Positions 57,865-64,000 of a stretch of DNA of 64,000 nt are shown piece after piece. Numbering within the stretch: the stretch's first letter is position 1; the number at the start of each line of letters is the position of its first letter. The notes under the pieces are model-generated. The model saw only the letters and a list, made by a program, of their open reading frames with translations. It searched no databases and was not told the DNA's origin. Position numbers and translations under genes: made by a program. This DNA is from Treponemataceae bacterium. GTDB lineage: Bacteria; Spirochaetota; Spirochaetia; Treponematales; Rectinemataceae. Location of the stretch: the NCBI GenBank assembly GCA_963677895.2, contig CAXXGJ010000012.1:32001-96000 (forward strand). Reading direction: 5' to 3'.

Positions 57865-58554
57865 ATGGGGAGAGAAAGCATGGAAACCATTCTGTCATTC
57901 GATGAGGACGCAAGTCTGGACGGGCTGCGAATAGGACTCGTGGAAGCGAGAGGCATTCGCTGGGCCGCGACGCCGGCCGGCGGGCAATTCCTTGCCGCCA
58001 TCGCGGAAGCGAAAACGAGAGGGGAGGCCCTCATTACCCCCACCCGCAAATCCGCCGTGCGCGCCATGCTTCGTTACGGCGCCTACAAACCCGCCGGCCG
58101 CGGCAAGCCATCGAGCGAGTATCTCCTCCAGGCAGCCCTCGACGACGACTTCCCCGCGGTCAACCCCTTCGTCGACGCGGCCAACATCGTCAGCCTTCTT
58201 TCGGGCTATCCCATCAGCATCCTGGACCTGGACAAGTCCGGTTTCCGCCTCCTCCTGCGAAGGGGAAGGACAGGCGAGAACTACGTCTTCAATGCCGGCG
58301 GCCAGACCATCGAACTCGCCGACCTCCTCTGCGTCTGCAGGCAGGAGGGCGAAGGCTTCTTCCCTACCGCCAACCCGGTCAGGGATTCCATGGCCACGAA
58401 AATCTTCCCCGGCGCCCAAGCCGTCGCCGCCGTACTATACGCGCCCGCCGGAGCCGAAGGCCGGGACCTCGAATCGGCCTGCGCGAAACTCGCGGCCTAT
58501 CTCGGGGAATCGGCCGAAAGCGCGGAATGGAGCGTAGTGGAAGCCGAACGCTAG
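57865..58554 (+). CDS. Stand-alone B3/B4 (PheRS-beta editing-like) domain protein
   Basis: YKPAGRGKPSSEYL, VNPFVDAANIVSL...PISILD. Confidence 0.8.
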   Translation: MGRESMETILSFDEDASLDGLRIGLVEARGIRWAATPAGGQFLAAIAEAKTRGEALITPTRKSAVRAMLRYGAYKPAGRGKPSSEYLLQAALDDDFPAVNPFVDAANIVSLLSGYPISILDLDKSGFRLLLRRGRTGENYVFNAGGQTIELADLLCVCRQEGEGFFPTANPVRDSMATKIFPGAQAVAAVLYAPAGAEGRDLESACAKLAAYLGESAESAEWSVVEAER

Positions 58555-58588
58555 ACCTTCGGGGCTTTCCTCGATACCATTCGCCCCA

Positions 58589-59629
58589 ATGGAAATGATG
58601 GATTCGAGCGACGAAAACCTCAGGAGGGCGGGAGCGGCCATAGCGGCGGGCAAGCTTGTCGTTATCCCCACCGAGACCGTCTACGGCCTTGGCGCCGACG
58701 CCTTCAACCCGGACGCCGTCGCGCGGGTTTTCGAAGCCAAGAGACGCCCCGCCTTCGATCCGCTCATCATCCATATATCCAAACTCGACGATATCGAACG
58801 CATCGCGACCTCCTTTCCGCCCAAGGCCCGGCTTCTGGCCGAAGCGCTCTGGCCCGGCCCCCTCACCATGATTTTACCCAAACGCCCCGAGGTACCCGAT
58901 ATCGTCACTTCCGGCCTGGACACGGCGGCCGTGCGCTTCCCGGTCCATCCCGTCGCGCGGAAAATCATCGAATATTCCGGCACCGTGGTGGCGGCGCCCA
59001 GCGCCAATCCCTTCGGTTACATATCGCCCACGACCGCGCAGCACGTGGCCAAAACCCTCGGCGATCGCGTGGATTTCATTGTTGATGGAGGACCTTGCGC
59101 CGTGGGCGTCGAATCGACCGTCATCGACATGACCCGCGATATCCCGGCCGTACTGCGGCCCGGCGGCATGCCTCTGGAGCGAATCCGCGACATCATCGGC
59201 GAAGTGCTGATTCCCGGAAAGAAAGGCGGACCCATAGCCAGTCCTGGCCAGCTAAAGAGCCATTACGCGCCTCACGCGACCCTCTACCTGCACCCGTGGA
59301 ATTCCCTGCCCTACGCGCTTCGACAGACCTCGCCCGACGCCGTCGCGGCCGATCCGTCCGCCGCACCTGAGGTGGCCCTCAGCGCCGCTCCCATGGCCGC
59401 CATCGTCTTCGACGCGTCCCGCGCCTCCATCCTGGCGGAATCGGGACTTTTCAGGCGAATCGGCGTGCTTTCCGAGCGCGGTGACATGAGAGAAGCCGCT
59501 TCGCGGCTTTTCGCCCTTCTTCACGAACTCGACGCCGCAGGCTTCGAGATTATCCACGCGGAACGCGTTCCCGAGGAAGGTTTAGGGCGAGCTATCAATG
59601 ATCGGCTATATCGCGCATCGAAAAAGTAG
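58589..59629 (+). CDS. sua5: L-threonylcarbamoyl-AMP synthase (Sua5/TsaC2)
   Basis: PTETVYGLGA, KRRP..DPLIIH, WPGPLT, APSAN, GVESTV, SPGQLKSHYAP. Confidence 0.93.
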   Translation: MEMMDSSDENLRRAGAAIAAGKLVVIPTETVYGLGADAFNPDAVARVFEAKRRPAFDPLIIHISKLDDIERIATSFPPKARLLAEALWPGPLTMILPKRPEVPDIVTSGLDTAAVRFPVHPVARKIIEYSGTVVAAPSANPFGYISPTTAQHVAKTLGDRVDFIVDGGPCAVGVESTVIDMTRDIPAVLRPGGMPLERIRDIIGEVLIPGKKGGPIASPGQLKSHYAPHATLYLHPWNSLPYALRQTSPDAVAADPSAAPEVALSAAPMAAIVFDASRASILAESGLFRRIGVLSERGDMREAASRLFALLHELDAAGFEIIHAERVPEEGLGRAINDRLYRASKK

Positions 59630-59713
59630 AGTATTCTTCTCACGATGGACGATTTATATTTAAAATCCTTGTGATCAGGTAAAGCACTTTTCGGGACTGA
59701 CATAGGAAATTAC

Positions 59714-61258
59714 ATGGATGGAATAAGAATTGTCGTCACATCATTGCTTCTCAGCTCATGCATGGCCATCGCCGCCATCTGCGTACTCGCGCTCCGGAAA
59801 CGATCGACATCGGGCTTGGCCGCGATTTTCCTGGCCCTTTGCGGGCTGAGCGCGGCGGTATACGACTTCGGCTACGCGATGGAAATTCGCGCGACGACGC
59901 TGCCCAGCGTCCTTTTCTGGGTTCGTTTCCAGCATTGGGGCATCCAGTCGATCCCCATGCTCTGGCTCCTGTTCACGCTTTGCATCATAGGGAAAAATAA
60001 ACTCGTCACCCCGCTTTTCTGCGTTTTGATATCCATTTTGCCGCTTGCCGCCCTCGCCGCTTCCCAGACCCTAGGCGGGCTCAACCTGCTTCATCCGAAC
60101 CCTCATCTGGGGAGCGGAGACATGATCTCCCTCTTCCAGTACGACAGGGGATGGGCCATATATCTTGTGACGGCAGTCCAGAGCATGTACCTCCTGACAA
60201 GCGCCATCCTCTTGGTCGGCGTGCTGATCCTTGGCGTTCCGGTGCCTCGCCCGCAGACACTCATCTACCTGGCGGGCTTCCTTCTGCCATGGTTTAACGG
60301 CCTCGCCTACAATATGGGGCTGATTCCCTATAATCTGGATTCCACGCCCCTGGTCTTGAGCATAAGCATGGTGCTTTTCATGATCGGTTTCCTCAAGGTC
60401 GGAATGCTCGACATAGCGCCGCTGGCTCGGGACGTGATCTTCGAGGGTACGAATGACGGAATCCTGGTAATAGACCGTCATAGCCGGATCACCGATTTCA
60501 ACACCTGCATGAAGTCCATAATGCCCTTCCTCGACAGGTCCAAGACGGGCGTTCCGGCCCGGACCGTTTTGGCGAATTACGGCACCTTGTGGGAGTTGCT
60601 GGACCATGAACTGCCGGCCGTGATCGAGTTCCAGCCGGATTTTGAATCCGATAAACGCATCTTCCGCGTATCCTCCGCCATTCTTCGAGGCAAATCGAAC
60701 AAAGATCTCGGCAAGCTCCTGACCTTTCACGATGTGACGGAGATGAAAGAGCTCCAGCGGCGCCTCGAATTCCTTGCGATCCACGACGAGCTCACCGGGC
60801 TGTACAATCGCCGATATCTCAATGAATTCGCGTCCCGTGAAATAGAAAAGGCAAAGCGTACCGGCGGAGAATTTTCGATGTTCATGCTGGATCTGGATCA
60901 TTTCAAGCTTGTCAACGACACCTTCGGTCACGCCGGCGGCGATCAGGCCCTTATCGCCATCGCCAAGGTCTGCAGGAGAGTGGTAAGGGAAACCGATGTC
61001 GTGGGGCGTTTCGGCGGCGAGGAAATCCTGGTCCTGCTTCCGGATACCGCGGCTTCCACGGCTCGCGATATCGCCGAAAAAATGTGCGGCGCGATAGAAG
61101 CCAGCCCGATTTCCTTCGAGGGAGAAAAAATATTCCTTACGGCGAGTTTTGGCGTTACATCGATGAGCCCGTCCTGCGATACGCTGAAGGCTATTCTCAT
61201 ATCCGTCGACAGGGCGCTCTATAAGGCTAAGACTTCAGGCAGAAACCGCGTCTGTTAG
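59714..61258 (+). CDS. Diguanylate cyclase with N-terminal 7TM sensor and PAS domain
   Basis: About 7 TM segments; HDELTGLYNRR, DLDHFKLVNDTFGH, RETD I-site, RFGGEEI. Confidence 0.92.
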   Translation: MDGIRIVVTSLLLSSCMAIAAICVLALRKRSTSGLAAIFLALCGLSAAVYDFGYAMEIRATTLPSVLFWVRFQHWGIQSIPMLWLLFTLCIIGKNKLVTPLFCVLISILPLAALAASQTLGGLNLLHPNPHLGSGDMISLFQYDRGWAIYLVTAVQSMYLLTSAILLVGVLILGVPVPRPQTLIYLAGFLLPWFNGLAYNMGLIPYNLDSTPLVLSISMVLFMIGFLKVGMLDIAPLARDVIFEGTNDGILVIDRHSRITDFNTCMKSIMPFLDRSKTGVPARTVLANYGTLWELLDHELPAVIEFQPDFESDKRIFRVSSAILRGKSNKDLGKLLTFHDVTEMKELQRRLEFLAIHDELTGLYNRRYLNEFASREIEKAKRTGGEFSMFMLDLDHFKLVNDTFGHAGGDQALIAIAKVCRRVVRETDVVGRFGGEEILVLLPDTAASTARDIAEKMCGAIEASPISFEGEKIFLTASFGVTSMSPSCDTLKAILISVDRALYKAKTSGRNRVC

Positions 61259-61288
61259 GCCGAATCCCACTTTCGAATCATGATTCCC

Positions 61289-63877
61289 TCACATCGCGTC
61301 GCCGCGGCCAGCCCGGGGCGGCATCAGGTTGTCCAAGTCCTCCGGTTCCGCCGGGGGATTCTCCAGCGGTTTGGCCTCGACGAGATAGTCGAGAAGAGGC
61401 AGCGCCGCGATTCCGTATTGGATTTTCCCGAAGGCGAGGGTGGCCTGGATGATGTTTTTCGCGTACTGCCGAGGCTGGGCGAGATGGAGCGTTTCCAGGA
61501 GGATGTCGTCGGGAAGTTCGCCCGATTCCTTGGTCCAGGCTATCATGCGGCTGGGGCCGGCGTTGTAGGCGAACATCGCGCGCATGGGCTTGCGGCCGAA
61601 ACGGGCCAGCATATACGAGTAATAGGTGAATCCAATCCTGACATTGTCAGCCGGATCGGTAAGGGAATAGTTCTGCAGCTTGAGGCCGGAAGCCGTTTCG
61701 GCCGCCGTCGAGGGCATGAGCTGCGAGAGCCCGACGGCTCCCGCGTAGGAGACCGCTTTGGGATCGAAAACGCTTTCCGACCTGATGATGCCGTAGGCGA
61801 GGGCTTCGGGTATTCCCGATATGGCGGCGCCCTTGGCGACGATGTCATTCCAGGCTTTTGGATAGACAAGTCCGTACAGTTCGGGATATTGGCTGCCGGC
61901 GCCGCGGTTCACCGCGTCGCGCGCCAGCCTCAGCGCCGCGTAATGCTGGCCTTCCTTGGAAAGGTCAAAGGCCAGCCCCGCGATCACGGCCTTGTCGAGG
62001 CTGCCGAGATAGTTCATCGCGAGGGAGGAAGCCATTTCGTCCAGATTGTAGTTGAGGTAATTCCTGATCAGGGAAAGGGCCGACTGAATGCCATTGCCGT
62101 TTATCCCCGCGTTTCCGTTCCCGGTCGTCGCCGTCGCCGCCGCGTAGGCCGCCTCGGGCGAGGCCGGCCTGGCGCCGGCGACACCTTCTCCGGGATTTTT
62201 CGCCGACAGATCCGGCATTTGTTTCAGGTAAGGCGGGTCGATGCCCAGGCGCCACGCCGACATGGTCCTGTAATATTCCTCAGCGTCGGGATTATCCAGA
62301 ATCTGGCGGAAATACCCGGCGGCGAGATCTTTTTCCGGCGAATCGGCAGTGCGGTTGAGAGCGAGCCTCTCCTCGATGAGCCTCCCCGCCTGGTATAAAA
62401 GCCTCGTCTTCATGTCGGGCGATATCTTGTCGCCTATGAGGATGAGGAGCGAAAGCACGTCGTTCCAGGATTTTCCCTTCAGCAGAAGCCTGTCGTAGGA
62501 TTCGACGATATCGTCGAAGTACGCGGGATTCTTCCATCGCGCCGACGCCTCGAGCAGGGCGCCCAACTCGAGCGAGCGCCTCGCGCTGGGGCCAGGCTCC
62601 AGGGACGCGGCCGCGCTCCCCGCGCCGTTCGTATCCGCGGCGCCGTTCACGCCCGCGGCCGCGGCGCTCCCCGCGTCGAAGGTGGCGATGTCGTCGGCGG
62701 CTATGCGCTTCATCGTGATGTCGAGCCAGTACCAGAGTGCGCCGTCGGCGTCGGCCGCCGATGGAGCGCTGTCGGTGAGCGCCAGAAAGAGAATGGCCGC
62801 GTTCTGCGGGCGATCGGCGGAAAGCCAGAGCCTGGCGAGATAATAGGCGGCTACCCAGAGCCTTTCCTCGGATTTTTTCGCCGCGAGCGCGGATACGATA
62901 GCCTCGGGGCTGTCCGGCGCCTGTACGTCAGGGAAGAACGACAGGAAGAAAGCGATGCCTTCTTCCTTGGCGCCGGCGTTGACGTAAGCCTTGCCCGCCT
63001 CCGAGATGAGGAAACGCGCCGTTCCCGGCTCATGCAGAAGCCTGCCCGCGCCCGTGGCGTGCGCGGCGGCTTGGATATATTCCTTTTCCCTGAAATCCGC
63101 GCGCATGAGGACGAGTTCTATAGTCTCGAGGTCCAGATCGGGCGCCGACGCGGCGAGGCGCAGTATTTTCGCGCCCCAGGAATCGAGCGAAGCGGTTTTA
63201 AGATAGGCTAAGGCCGCCTTGCTCCAGGAAAAATCGCCGAGCGCGGCGCGAGCCGAATATTCGTAGAAAGCGAGTTCGCCGATTTTGGTTTTCGCGATCG
63301 AAGGGGAGACCGCGCGCAGCGTCTCTATCGTTTCAATCGCGCATGCGTAATCACCGGATTCCATGCAGGTGGTGATGAGGGTTCTGAAGATTTCCCAATC
63401 CGGCCCGAAGTAATTCAGCCAAAAGGAGGCGATGGCCTTTATCGGTGCGGGCGCCGTGGCCTTCACCGCGCGCTGGAGCAGCGCCTTGCCCGCTTCCCTC
63501 GCCGCCACCTTCTCGCCGAAATGGAAGGCGAGGGTATACATCGCCTCTATCGAGGCCTGCTGTTCCGGATCGGCCGCTCCGTCCTGCTCAAGCTTCTTGG
63601 CCTCGTAATACCAGGCTTCCGCTCCCATGCCTTCCTGGGTCAGGGGTAATGCGTCGAAAATCGGGACCTGCCCTTCCTCGACGCCAGTCGCCGGGATCGC
63701 GACGATATCCTGGACCGGAGCGACATCCTGGGCTGCGGAAGTTTCCTGGGCCGGAACGCTATCCTGGGCCGACAGCCTGAGGATGCCCATCCCCGACGCC
63801 AGAAAGATGACGAGGAAGGTCGAGGAGAAAAGCCGTTTCAAGACGGCTGCCTTTGCGTAAGCTGTCTGGATCATCAT
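61289..63877 (-). CDS. Large soluble lytic transglycosylase (SLT domain at C-terminus)
   Basis: IIRSES.F, AVSYAGAVGLSQLMPSTA, AYNAGP; long helical N-terminal region with signal/TM segment. Confidence 0.9.
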   Translation of the reverse strand: MMIQTAYAKAAVLKRLFSSTFLVIFLASGMGILRLSAQDSVPAQETSAAQDVAPVQDIVAIPATGVEEGQVPIFDALPLTQEGMGAEAWYYEAKKLEQDGAADPEQQASIEAMYTLAFHFGEKVAAREAGKALLQRAVKATAPAPIKAIASFWLNYFGPDWEIFRTLITTCMESGDYACAIETIETLRAVSPSIAKTKIGELAFYEYSARAALGDFSWSKAALAYLKTASLDSWGAKILRLAASAPDLDLETIELVLMRADFREKEYIQAAAHATGAGRLLHEPGTARFLISEAGKAYVNAGAKEEGIAFFLSFFPDVQAPDSPEAIVSALAAKKSEERLWVAAYYLARLWLSADRPQNAAILFLALTDSAPSAADADGALWYWLDITMKRIAADDIATFDAGSAAAAGVNGAADTNGAGSAAASLEPGPSARRSLELGALLEASARWKNPAYFDDIVESYDRLLLKGKSWNDVLSLLILIGDKISPDMKTRLLYQAGRLIEERLALNRTADSPEKDLAAGYFRQILDNPDAEEYYRTMSAWRLGIDPPYLKQMPDLSAKNPGEGVAGARPASPEAAYAAATATTGNGNAGINGNGIQSALSLIRNYLNYNLDEMASSLAMNYLGSLDKAVIAGLAFDLSKEGQHYAALRLARDAVNRGAGSQYPELYGLVYPKAWNDIVAKGAAISGIPEALAYGIIRSESVFDPKAVSYAGAVGLSQLMPSTAAETASGLKLQNYSLTDPADNVRIGFTYYSYMLARFGRKPMRAMFAYNAGPSRMIAWTKESGELPDDILLETLHLAQPRQYAKNIIQATLAFGKIQYGIAALPLLDYLVEAKPLENPPAEPEDLDNLMPPRAGRGDAM

Positions 63878-63879
63878 AC

Positions 63880-64000
63880 TCAGCGGCGCGCTACCGCTAC
63901 CAGGCTTTCGGCCTTTTCATCGTAGGGCCTTCCATCCAGGCCGCCGAAAATCTCCACGGAGGAAAAGCCCGCTTCCTTCATGGCCTTTTTCATCTCATAC
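63880..64000 (-). CDS. C-terminal end of a probable class I SAM-dependent methyltransferase; runs off the right edge
   Basis: Minus strand reads YEMKKAMKEAGFSSVEIFGGLDGRPYDEKAESLVAVARR-stop. Confidence 0.55.
   Translation of the reverse strand, partial: YEMKKAMKEAGFSSVEIFGGLDGRPYDEKAESLVAVARR

Noticed and set aside
61000..61030. GGEEI in place of GG(D/E)EF in the diguanylate cyclase
   Set aside because: The catalytic GGEE residues and upstream Asp/Asn motifs are intact; a last-position variant alone is not evidence of inactivity.
1..64000. rRNA, tRNA, toxin-antitoxin or anti-phage defence genes
   Set aside because: None recognised; intergenic gaps are short, and the remaining hypothetical ORFs show no nuclease, NTPase or other defence motifs that I could identify.

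Overview
GC-rich bacterial chromosomal segment with an anaerobe-type gene set; Spirochaetota origin is an inference from gene content. Housekeeping genes (leuS, slyD, uppP, ftsK, recQ, RluA-, TrmH- and Sua5-family genes, 2-oxoacid:ferredoxin oxidoreductase, an NqrBCDEF operon lacking nqrA) surround a 14-40 kb accessory block. That block holds two of the window's three TRAP systems, a sugar-acid aldolase cluster, an IclR-linked lower meta-cleavage pathway without a ring-cleavage dioxygenase, and a CadC/CadA-type metal module. The strongest novelty candidate is an ~8.3 kb minus-strand unit (28294-36608) lying between an amino-acid ABC binding-protein gene and a matching permease gene. It has a sigma54 -24/-12 promoter with two TGT-N12-ACA enhancer-like sites, a ribose-type ABC importer, an uncharacterised TIM-barrel-like enzyme, an NtrC-family activator, and a membrane-free histidine kinase whose N-terminal input domain is a degenerate ABC-ATPase domain (NBD-PAS-HisKA-HATPase). 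This suggests signalling coupled directly to the transporter. At least seven frameshifts fall between 22.8 and 29.1 kb and are probably assembly indels. No rRNA, tRNA, CRISPR array or transposase was seen.
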